From: Patescibacteria group bacterium
Lineage (GTDB): Bacteria > Patescibacteriota > WWE3 > UBA101185 > UBA10185
Length of the DNA: 64,000 nt
NCBI GenBank assembly: GCA_016926555.1
Contig: JAFGOI010000008.1
Coordinates: 12,821-76,820, forward strand
Direction: 5' to 3'
The notes under the pieces are model-generated. The model saw nothing but the letters and a program-made list of their open reading frames with translations, searched no databases and was not told where the DNA came from. Made by a program: the position numbers and the translations under genes. Shown here one piece after another: positions 55,997-64,000 of the stretch (positions are counted from its first letter, which is position 1; each line of letters opens with the position of its first letter).

Positions 55997-57793
55997 ATGA
56001 ATAAACAAAAAGTAATAGACAAATTAAAAGACGATCCGTTGATGCCGCTTAGGCATTCCGCGGAACATGTACTTCACAAGAGTATGGAGATTTTATACCC
56101 GGGATTGCAGAAAGTTATGGGACCGCCAATAGAAGACGGATTTTACTTTGATTACAATTATGAAGGCAAGGTTTCCGAAGAAGATCTTTCCAAAATGGAA
56201 GCTAAAATGCAGGAGATCATTGACGCTGATCTACCTATCGTAGTAAGAAAATCTACATTCGATGAACTAAGAAAGATATTTAAAGACAATGAGTTTAAAC
56301 TTGAGCTCATTGATGACCTGGAACAAAAAGGTGAGAAGGTCACCGTTACCGAAATGGGAAAAGAGGGAGATGAGTTTTATGATATTGATCTTTGCGCGGG
56401 ACCGCATATTAAGTCTACAGGCAAAATCAAGGCTTTTAAACTTCTAAACTTAGCGGGAGCTTATTGGCGCGGGGACGAAAAAAATAAGATGCTGGGAAGG
56501 ATTTATGGAACCGCATTTGATTCCAAAGATAAATTGGGTAAATATCTTGAAAACCTAGAGGAAGCAAAGAAACGTGACCATAGAAGGATAGGCAAAGATT
56601 TAGAATTATTTATGCAGGATGATGAAGTGGGACAGGGTTTAATCCTATGGCTTCCAAAAGGAGCATACATAATGAATAAAGTTAAAGATTTTGCTTTCAA
56701 CACCTATTTGGATCGAGGATATGAACCAGTTTTTACACCCCATATAGCCAGCGAAAAACTTTGGTCTCATTCAGGACATTTAGATTTTTACTCAGAAAGT
56801 ATGTACAACCCATTTGGTATAGAAAATGAGCAGTATAGACTCAAGCCTATGAATTGCCCCTTACAAGTAAAGATGTACAACTACAGACCTAGAAGCTATA
56901 GGGAATTACCTTTAAGGTGGACCGAAATGGGCACTGTTTATCGTTACGAGAAAAGCGGCACTCTGCATGGACTAACCCGCGTGAGAGGATTTACCCAGGA
57001 CGATGCACATATAGTATGTACACCGGATCAGATCGAGGATGAACTTGTGAAAGCACTAGAATTAACTTTTTACATACTTGAGACAATGGGTTTTAAAGAG
57101 TTTGAATTACTACTGTCAGTAAGAAATCTCGCTGAAAAGGAAAAATACGTCGGAGACGACGGGGGCTGGAATATGGCCGAAAAAACTCTTGTTAAAGCAA
57201 TGAAGCGTGTGGGATGCACAGAATATACTGAGGATGCGGGCGGAGCTGTATTTTACGGCCCGAAAATCGACTTTAACCTAAAAGACTCTTTGGGTAGAAA
57301 ATGGCAGTTGTCCACTATTCAATTCGACTTTAACCTGCCGAGACGCTTTAATATGACTTATATAGGCGAAGATGGAAAGGAACACGTGCCCTATTTAATT
57401 CATAGAGCACTTCTTGGTTCACTAGAAAGATTTATGGGTGTATATATTGAACACACCGGCGGAGCGTTTCCCGTCTGGGTATGCCCGCAACATATAGAAA
57501 TAATCCCAATCAACGATAGTCATATCAAGTACGCGCAAAAACTGACCGAAAAACTTAGAGAAAACGGTCTTTTGGCAAAAATAAATGACAAAGACAATAC
57601 AATGCAAGCTAAGATACGTGACGCTCAGCTACAAAAGATCCCTTATATGTTCATAGTAGGGGATAGGGAAGTTGAAAGCAACACCGTAAGCGTAAGACTT
57701 AGATCAGGCGAAAACCTTGGATCAAAATCAATAGAAGAAGTAATGGGGAAAATTAAGAATATATATTTGACCAAGAGCCTTGAGTTGTGGTAA
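55997..57793 (+). CDS. thrS: Threonyl-tRNA synthetase (lacking the N-terminal TGS/editing extension).
   Basis: Class II aaRS motifs (RGFTQDDAHIV, HRALLGSLERFMGVYIEH) and a C-terminal anticodon-binding domain. Confidence 0.9.
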   Translation: MNKQKVIDKLKDDPLMPLRHSAEHVLHKSMEILYPGLQKVMGPPIEDGFYFDYNYEGKVSEEDLSKMEAKMQEIIDADLPIVVRKSTFDELRKIFKDNEFKLELIDDLEQKGEKVTVTEMGKEGDEFYDIDLCAGPHIKSTGKIKAFKLLNLAGAYWRGDEKNKMLGRIYGTAFDSKDKLGKYLENLEEAKKRDHRRIGKDLELFMQDDEVGQGLILWLPKGAYIMNKVKDFAFNTYLDRGYEPVFTPHIASEKLWSHSGHLDFYSESMYNPFGIENEQYRLKPMNCPLQVKMYNYRPRSYRELPLRWTEMGTVYRYEKSGTLHGLTRVRGFTQDDAHIVCTPDQIEDELVKALELTFYILETMGFKEFELLLSVRNLAEKEKYVGDDGGWNMAEKTLVKAMKRVGCTEYTEDAGGAVFYGPKIDFNLKDSLGRKWQLSTIQFDFNLPRRFNMTYIGEDGKEHVPYLIHRALLGSLERFMGVYIEHTGGAFPVWVCPQHIEIIPINDSHIKYAQKLTEKLRENGLLAKINDKDNTMQAKIRDAQLQKIPYMFIVGDREVESNTVSVRLRSGENLGSKSIEEVMGKIKNIYLTKSLELW

Positions 57794-57797
57794 CTTA

Positions 57798-58334
57798 ATG
57801 CCGTTGAAATACGTTAGAAATAATAAAAGAGGTCCAAAACATATCATAAACGAAAGGATACGCGAAAAAGAATTACGGGTCATTCATGGAAAAGAAAACC
57901 TAGGTGTAATTACCAAGGAAGAGGCCTTGAAAATCGCTAAAGACAATGAGCTAGATCTTGTTTTAATAGCTCCTCAGGCGAATCCTCCGGTAGCAAAAAT
58001 CTTGGATTATAATAAGTTTCTATACGCGGAGAATAAGAAACAGAGTGCAGCAAGGAGTAAAGCAAAAAAAAGCGAGTTGAAAGAGTTCAAGATGCGACCT
58101 ACGACCGGATCCGGCGATATTAAAAGATATGTTGACCGGGCAAAAGAGTTTATAAAAAGTGGAAATAGAGTTAAAATGAGCGTTGTCATGCGCGGAAGGG
58201 AGAACTCCTTTCCTCAGGTCGCTTTTGACAAGCTCGGGGAAACAGCGGAGGAGTTAAGAGACGTCGCTCGCATGGAAGATGAAAAACCGAAAAGGACTGG
58301 TAGTACAATATGGGTTGTCTTTGTAAGTAAATAG
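57798..58334 (+). CDS. infC: Translation initiation factor IF-3.
   Basis: INERIREKELRVI...LDLVLIAPQANPPVAKILDYNKF. The ATG at 57798 was chosen. The track uses an upstream TTG at 57780 overlapping thrS, and a non-canonical start is possible. Confidence 0.85.
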   Translation: MPLKYVRNNKRGPKHIINERIREKELRVIHGKENLGVITKEEALKIAKDNELDLVLIAPQANPPVAKILDYNKFLYAENKKQSAARSKAKKSELKEFKMRPTTGSGDIKRYVDRAKEFIKSGNRVKMSVVMRGRENSFPQVAFDKLGETAEELRDVARMEDEKPKRTGSTIWVVFVSK

Positions 58335-58335
58335 C

Positions 58336-58551
58336 ATGCCAAAACTAAAAACAAAAAAAACACTTAAAAAGAGAGTGAAAATAACAAAAACAGGCAAGCT
58401 TGTGACAAAACAAATAAGAACGGGTCATTTGAAGAGAAAATGGTCTGCTTCTAAAAAGTCAAGAAAGCTAAAACCACAGACTATAGATAATTCTGGACAT
58501 AAAAAAATTATTAAGAATTTATTAGCCAAAGAAGGTAAGGGGGTTAAATAA
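58336..58551 (+). CDS. rpmI: 50S ribosomal protein L35.
   Basis: MPKLKTKKTLKKRVKITKTGK. Confidence 0.9.
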   Translation: MPKLKTKKTLKKRVKITKTGKLVTKQIRTGHLKRKWSASKKSRKLKPQTIDNSGHKKIIKNLLAKEGKGVK

Positions 58552-58907
58552 TGCCAAGAGTAAAAGGGGGGCCAAGAGCTCGTCAAAGACATAAAAAAGT
58601 CCTCAAATTAGCAAAAGGGTATAGAGGAACAAGAAGCACACTCTATAGACGAGCTAATGAAGCTGTTATCCGGGCAGGGGAACATAGTTTCAAAGGAAGA
58701 AAAGAAAGGAAAAGACAGTTCAGAAGACTGTGGATAGCCAGACTAAACGGCGCACTGGACAAGTATGAAATTAAATATAGCAAGTTTATCAACGCATTGA
58801 AAAATTCACATATTGACTTGGACAGGAAAACGCTTTCTCAATTAGCGATAGAAGACCCCAACGCATTCGAAAAAATTGTCGAAAAAGTAAAACCCAGCAT
58901 CAAATAG
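58551..58907 (+). CDS. rplT: 50S ribosomal protein L20.
   Basis: MPRVKGGPRARQRHKKVLKLAKGYRG. Confidence 0.9.
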   Translation: MPRVKGGPRARQRHKKVLKLAKGYRGTRSTLYRRANEAVIRAGEHSFKGRKERKRQFRRLWIARLNGALDKYEIKYSKFINALKNSHIDLDRKTLSQLAIEDPNAFEKIVEKVKPSIK

Positions 58908-58934
58908 TTACTTCCTTGTGCTAAAATCTAACAC

Positions 58935-59939
58935 ATGGACAAAGAAATTCAGCAGATTAGAGACGATTTAGCAAATAAACTGGAAAATGCCTTTTCAGTG
59001 GATAAAATAGACCAGCTGTACCTCCAGTACTTCTCAAAAAAACATGGAATTATAACCCAATTGATAAAAGATCTTCCAAAATTAGCTACTGATCAAAAGA
59101 AAATCTACGGACCCGCATTAAATACACTACAAGATGAATTCAAACAGAAACTTGATGAAAAAAAGAAAAAGCTAATACAAAATTCTATTGAAGACCCATC
59201 AATAGACTTAACATACGCGGAAAAACCCTTAAATTCGGGTATGCTACATCCCACCACACAAGTAATCAGGGAAATGAACACATTCTTTAGGTATTACGGA
59301 TTTTCAATCGCGGAAGGACCCGAAATTGAAACTGCCGAATATAACTTTAGAAAGCTAAACCTTCCCGAGGATCATCCAGCAACCGACCTGCAAGATACTC
59401 TATTTATAAAAGAACCTGATATTCTATTGACCACACACGCTTCCTCCGTTGAAGCTAGAGTATTGACTGATTATGATCCTCCAATTAGAGTCGCATTTCC
59501 CGGTAAAGTTTTCAGAAATGAGACTGTAAATACAACGAATGGGTCTTTTTTTCACCACTATCAGGGTGTTGTGGTCGATAAAGGAACTACTATCCAGAAT
59601 CTAAAAGCGACTCTTACAGATTTCCACAAATTCTTATTCGGAGACGATGTGGTAATAAGATTTAGATATAAATACTACCCTGAGGTATCTCCCGGCATGG
59701 GAACAGATATGATCTGCCAATTTTGCGGCGGGAATGGCTGTAATGTTTGCAAACAAAGGGGCTGGATCGAAGTGCTTGGTTCAGGAATGATTCATTACAA
59801 TACTCTAAAAATGTGCGGAATAGATCCCGAAGAGTACACCGGGTTTGCTTTCGGAATGGGCTTGGATAGGTTAGTGATGCAGAAATTTAATATTCCCGAC
59901 ATAAGAAAATTGTATGGGGGAGGTATCGTTTACGCCTAA
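58935..59939 (+). CDS. pheS: Phenylalanyl-tRNA synthetase alpha subunit.
   Basis: FPGKVFRNETV...GFAFGMGLDRLVM class II motifs. Confidence 0.9.
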   Translation: MDKEIQQIRDDLANKLENAFSVDKIDQLYLQYFSKKHGIITQLIKDLPKLATDQKKIYGPALNTLQDEFKQKLDEKKKKLIQNSIEDPSIDLTYAEKPLNSGMLHPTTQVIREMNTFFRYYGFSIAEGPEIETAEYNFRKLNLPEDHPATDLQDTLFIKEPDILLTTHASSVEARVLTDYDPPIRVAFPGKVFRNETVNTTNGSFFHHYQGVVVDKGTTIQNLKATLTDFHKFLFGDDVVIRFRYKYYPEVSPGMGTDMICQFCGGNGCNVCKQRGWIEVLGSGMIHYNTLKMCGIDPEEYTGFAFGMGLDRLVMQKFNIPDIRKLYGGGIVYA

Positions 59940-59944
59940 ATAAT

Positions 59945-61885
59945 ATGAAAGTACCTTATGAATGGCTAAAAGAATATGTTAAAACAGATAGATCCCCTGA
60001 TGAGGTTGCCGAATCTTTTACCTATCTTGGACTACTGTTAGACAAACCCATAGAAAAATATATCTCGGGAAGTTACGAAACGGATATACTAGATCTTGAA
60101 CACAGAATGGACAGATCAGACTGGTTATCCATTTTGGGCTGTGCCAGAGATTTGGCTGCCTTTGATAGTAATAAGCTCTTATACCCGGAGTTACAAACGG
60201 AAAAACCTATAAAACCTGCCAAAAACCAGATTGTTGATATTCAGGTTTTGTGCCCTGATATTGTAAACAGGTTTACCACTGTTGTGTTCAGGAATGTAAA
60301 GGTTAAAGATTCACCCGACTGGCTAAAGAACCGGCTAGAAGCGTATGGTATTCCATCAATTAATAACATTGTAGATATAACTAATTATGTGATGGTCGAG
60401 CTGGGACAGCCTATGCATGCACAAGATTTAACTAAAATGGAAGCTCAAGAAATAGTTATACGAAAGGCTAAAGCAGGGGAATCCGTCACAACACTGCTGG
60501 GTGAAACTGTAGAAGTTGTACCAGACGCATTTGTATTAACTCAAAACGATAAACCGACCGTAATCGGAGGCATTGTAGGGGGTATAAAGACAGGCGTGGA
60601 TAAATCTACAACAAACATTATTCTCGACGCGGGAAACTACAACCAAAATACTGTCAGAAAAGTGTCTCGATTACTAAAAATCCAAAATGAGACTGTAATA
60701 CGATATGATAAATTCTTACACCCCAATCTTACTGAAATTGCTATAAAGAGAGCAGCAAGGCTAATTTTAGATCTTGCCGGAGGAGATTATTATGAAAACA
60801 TCGATTGGTATCCTGAAAAACATGCAGAAAAAGAGATGAAAATTAGATACGAAAGAGTAAAAAAAGTAAGCGGCATGGACATTGATACTAAAAGAGTAGA
60901 AGATATTCTCAATAAACTCGGATACGAAATAATATTGGCTGACGAAGAGGGATTTTATGTAAAAGTACCCTACTTTAGAACAGACGTCGAAGTTGAAGAT
61001 GACATTGTGTCTGATGTTCTCCGGATTGGAAATTACCAAAACATACCGATAACATCTATTTCCGAAACCCCGCCAAAAGAAATCACGCCGCCTATATACA
61101 AATTCGAGGATGAGTTAAAAGATATATGCGTTAAATTAGGGCTACATGAACATATAACGGAACCCCTTGTTAAGAGAGGAGAATCAAATCCCAATCAGAT
61201 CATGTTAGAAAACGCTTTGAGCTCTGAACAAAACGCGTTGAGAACTACTCTTTACGAAACGTTGGCCCCTGTTCTCAATATATACACCAAACACAAAATA
61301 TCGGATATTGGAGTTTTCGAGATCGGGAAATTTTATACAAAAGAAACTCACAATAAGTCCGAAAAATATAATGAGATAAGAGTACTTGAAGTGGTATATA
61401 AAAACTCCACAAACGACCCAAAAATTATCTCTCAGAGAGTTAAGACATATTTGTCTACTATTTTATACGAACTTGGTATTTCCGGCTTTGTTCAATCAAA
61501 AAGCAATGAAAACACAGAGATTCTATTCAACAAAGATCTCATTGGATACCTAAAATACGATTCACTCACACTTTTTACGGAAAAATTACTAAAATATAAA
61601 AGACAAAATGATCGAGTCCTATCAGACTTCAGAAACTACAAAACGGAGGATCTATCATTATCTATTAAGAAACATCGCCCTATTGGTCCGATAATAGATA
61701 AAATAACAAACATGGACACCGACATACTGGGTATAGAACTAGCTGAAACCTATATAGGAGATAACGTTGAAAAAGGCGAGAAAGGAATACTCCTAAGAGT
61801 AACACACAATTCGCAGAAATTTGACAAACTGCGAGACAAAATAAAAACAGTACTGCAAGAAGAATTTGATATTGAATTCAGATAA
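59945..61885 (+). CDS. pheT: Phenylalanyl-tRNA synthetase beta subunit (short form, 646 aa).
   Basis: Follows pheS. B3/B4 and B5-like regions, and a C-terminal FDSE-like domain. Confidence 0.85.
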   Translation: MKVPYEWLKEYVKTDRSPDEVAESFTYLGLLLDKPIEKYISGSYETDILDLEHRMDRSDWLSILGCARDLAAFDSNKLLYPELQTEKPIKPAKNQIVDIQVLCPDIVNRFTTVVFRNVKVKDSPDWLKNRLEAYGIPSINNIVDITNYVMVELGQPMHAQDLTKMEAQEIVIRKAKAGESVTTLLGETVEVVPDAFVLTQNDKPTVIGGIVGGIKTGVDKSTTNIILDAGNYNQNTVRKVSRLLKIQNETVIRYDKFLHPNLTEIAIKRAARLILDLAGGDYYENIDWYPEKHAEKEMKIRYERVKKVSGMDIDTKRVEDILNKLGYEIILADEEGFYVKVPYFRTDVEVEDDIVSDVLRIGNYQNIPITSISETPPKEITPPIYKFEDELKDICVKLGLHEHITEPLVKRGESNPNQIMLENALSSEQNALRTTLYETLAPVLNIYTKHKISDIGVFEIGKFYTKETHNKSEKYNEIRVLEVVYKNSTNDPKIISQRVKTYLSTILYELGISGFVQSKSNENTEILFNKDLIGYLKYDSLTLFTEKLLKYKRQNDRVLSDFRNYKTEDLSLSIKKHRPIGPIIDKITNMDTDILGIELAETYIGDNVEKGEKGILLRVTHNSQKFDKLRDKIKTVLQEEFDIEFR

Positions 61886-61908
61886 ACACGAACTACGAGT
61901 TTAAAAAC

Positions 61909-64000
61909 TTATAGGTATCCTGCAACTACAAGCTCTACTTCATCATCATCTTTATGCCCTTTTTCGTCCTCAACAACTACTTTGAACTTATGTTTACCCA
62001 TTTGAGAACTATCCAATTCAAAATTATATCCATACGGTTCGGAACTATCCTCAGCCACTTTGTTGTCGTCCATATATATTCTTATTTCGGCAATATCATA
62101 GTAACCGGATACTTCCGCACTCAACCTAAACTCCAGGGATACCTCATCTCCATCTTCGAAACCGGTTATCTCTATAAATACTTTATCTTTATTTTCAACT
62201 TCATCTCCATCAAACTCCAAACGTGACTCCATTTGCGGCGGAAAATACTTATCATCGTCATAGTTTTCCTTAACCCATGCATCTACATAAGTCTGCCACT
62301 GCGGAAGTTCGGCTTGGATTTTTATATATGTCTTCTCATCTGTCTCATCTGCCTTTCTGCACTCACTATTTGCTAATCTGCCATCTTTTTTACAGATTTC
62401 CAAATGCTGATACCACCCACTGATTGCAGTAGGTTCCGTATCTTTTATAAACCACTCATATCTTTTTTCACTATCTCCATAGGGAAGCCCTCCTGTTAGC
62501 TTATCTACCTCAAGTTTATTTACATTTTCAGGAGGTTCAAAAGTATCTTCCGCTGCATTTTCGACCATCTCTTTCAAATACGTCGCCATAAATGTATTCC
62601 AAATGGGAGTCGCCCCAGTGATACCGGAAGCAACATAGGGATTCATTTTCTCATTATTGTTATTTCCTACCCACACACCAGCCACAATAGAAGGTGTAAA
62701 TCCTATTGCGTAGTTATCTCTTTTATCGTCAGTAGTACCAGTTTTTACAGCCACTTCATACCCGGGTATATGCAACAATGTACCAAGACCGAAAGCATCG
62801 CTTCTCGCACCGTCATCAGATAAAATATCAGAGATCAGAAACGCCACATCTTCTCCTAAAACACGTATATCAGGACTTTGATGTTTATATATAATTTCAC
62901 CCTTGGAATTTTTGACTTCTATAATAGAGGTAGGTGGGTGAAATACACCTTTAGATGTAAAAACGCTATATGCACCTGTTAATTCAAGTAATTTCACTTC
63001 ACCACCGCCCAAAGTTAATGCTAATCCATATCTTTCTCTATCTTTAAAAGTCGATATGCCCATTTTTTCAGCCATATCTATCATATTATCTATCCCCACA
63101 ATAGCTAAAGCTTTTACTGCGGGAATATTCAATGAATTACCAAGAGATTTTCTCAAAGGCATAACACCTCGAAAAATGCCATCATAATTTTCTGGTATAT
63201 AAGGTTTATCGACAGCCGCACCGGGAAATCTTGTCGGAACATCTAAAAGGGGATAGGCAGCTGAGTAACCCTGGTTTAACATAGTGGCATAAGTAATCGG
63301 TTTAATTGCCGATCCCGGCTGACGTAATGCAGTCGTTACATTTACGTAAGGATCAAACTTGCAACCTTTTTCTCCAGTACCCCCGGATATGCAATTTTCG
63401 GGCTCGGGAGAGAGATTATACCCTTTGGAACCTACCATAGATAGGATATAGCCCGTTTTCGGATCTAAAACGATCATTGAACCATTCCACACATTTAGCA
63501 GCTCCTCTGATTTTTCAATCTCATCAGTAACCGTTCTCTGTGCCAACTCATGAATCTTCAAATCTAGTGTCGTAGTAACTTGAAGACCTCCATTTTCTAC
63601 AGCTTCCTCTCCAAACATTTCGGATAATAGCTGCTTTGTATAAAAGATAAAATGAGGGGCGATCAGCGGTGTTTTCGCCGCTTCAAAATTAAGCGGGGCC
63701 TCTTTTACTCTTTCATACTCATCGTCATTTAGATAATGACGCTTTACTGACTCATCCAACCAACCTCTCTCATTCATAAGGTATAGCACATAGTTTTTTC
63801 TTTCAATACCTGCCTCAGGATTGGAACCAAACTGCGAGTAATAACTGGGACTCTGAGGTAATCCTGCAAGATAAGCCGCTTCTTCAATAGTTAAATCTTT
63901 GGGCTCCTTGTTAAAGTACGCTTTAGACGCCGAGTAAATTCCGTAATTCATACCACCATAAGGTGTTTCGTTAAGATACATCTGGAGAATCTCATTCTTC
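61909..64000 (-). CDS. Class A penicillin-binding protein (transglycosylase-transpeptidase). Partial: the N-terminus lies beyond the window end. A C-terminal Ig-like extension is present.
   Basis: GT51 region ...MYLNETPYGG.GIYSASKAYF, transpeptidase KTG motif (KTGTTDDKRDNYAIGF), and SxN. The ORF is open to the window edge. Confidence 0.8.
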   Translation of the reverse strand, partial: KNEILQMYLNETPYGGMNYGIYSASKAYFNKEPKDLTIEEAAYLAGLPQSPSYYSQFGSNPEAGIERKNYVLYLMNERGWLDESVKRHYLNDDEYERVKEAPLNFEAAKTPLIAPHFIFYTKQLLSEMFGEEAVENGGLQVTTTLDLKIHELAQRTVTDEIEKSEELLNVWNGSMIVLDPKTGYILSMVGSKGYNLSPEPENCISGGTGEKGCKFDPYVNVTTALRQPGSAIKPITYATMLNQGYSAAYPLLDVPTRFPGAAVDKPYIPENYDGIFRGVMPLRKSLGNSLNIPAVKALAIVGIDNMIDMAEKMGISTFKDRERYGLALTLGGGEVKLLELTGAYSVFTSKGVFHPPTSIIEVKNSKGEIIYKHQSPDIRVLGEDVAFLISDILSDDGARSDAFGLGTLLHIPGYEVAVKTGTTDDKRDNYAIGFTPSIVAGVWVGNNNNEKMNPYVASGITGATPIWNTFMATYLKEMVENAAEDTFEPPENVNKLEVDKLTGGLPYGDSEKRYEWFIKDTEPTAISGWYQHLEICKKDGRLANSECRKADETDEKTYIKIQAELPQWQTYVDAWVKENYDDDKYFPPQMESRLEFDGDEVENKDKVFIEITGFEDGDEVSLEFRLSAEVSGYYDIAEIRIYMDDNKVAEDSSEPYGYNFELDSSQMGKHKFKVVVEDEKGHKDDDEVELVVAGYL

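Noticed and set aside
1-64000. CRISPR arrays or other tandem repeats.
   Set aside because: No regularly spaced direct repeats were seen anywhere. The only notable repeat is the 21-bp tRNA-Val 3' duplication.

Overview
This is a low-GC (~33%) bacterial window with compact genes, an encoded CCA on most tRNAs, short aaRS and trigger-factor variants, and many GT-C membrane glycosyltransferases. That picture is compatible with a reduced Patescibacteria/CPR-like genome, but this is inference only. TGA is a stop codon, so the standard code applies. The window contains the following, in order: (1) a fermentative module: the 2-oxoacid:ferredoxin oxidoreductase subunits beta (partial) and alpha, followed by an ADP-forming acetyl-CoA synthetase that unusually carries a C-terminal FNR-like FAD/NAD(P) domain. 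(2) acpS plus a tri-domain acyl-AMP ligase, carrier and PlsC-acyltransferase fusion. (3) A tiny cassette of about 55-60% GC, consisting of a consensus promoter, a Shine-Dalgarno site, a 165-aa secreted protein and a GC-rich hairpin, embedded in the 33% GC background. (4) A sugar-use cluster: GH1, a GH5-like hydrolase, a ROK kinase, a cupin-type PGI and a cyclophilin. (5) An Elp3-like radical-SAM/GNAT protein with a divergent SAM methyltransferase and a HIT protein. (6) A glycosylation island with one GT2 and six paralogous GT-C (GT39/ArnT-like and DUF2029/GT87-like) membrane glycosyltransferases, plus trxB. (7) Six tRNAs: Gly-TCC, Arg-TCT, Leu-TAA, Pro-TGG on the minus strand, Leu-TAG and Val-GAC. 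Their surroundings look like integration scars: a recombinase-like C-terminal fragment overlapping tRNA-Pro, tandem membrane-anchored glucosaminidase-like paralogs between two tRNAs, and a 21-bp direct repeat of the tRNA-Val 3' end about 170 bp downstream. (8) Next to tRNA-Val, a compositionally foreign (44-48% GC) segment encoding two large acidic proteins of unknown function flanking an ImmA/IrrE-like protein with a degenerate HEXXH motif and a small membrane protein. (9) Housekeeping genes: tig (short), clpP, truB, thrS, infC, rpmI, rplT, pheS, pheT and a partial class A PBP. (10) Smaller items: PspC, a type IV pilin, a TetR regulator, DUF2207, an NDT-like protein preceded by a promoter-hairpin-terminator leader, and an LPXTG-like (VPETG) surface protein with no sortase in the window. 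No CRISPR array is present. Functional calls were made by eye from remembered family motifs, not by database search.
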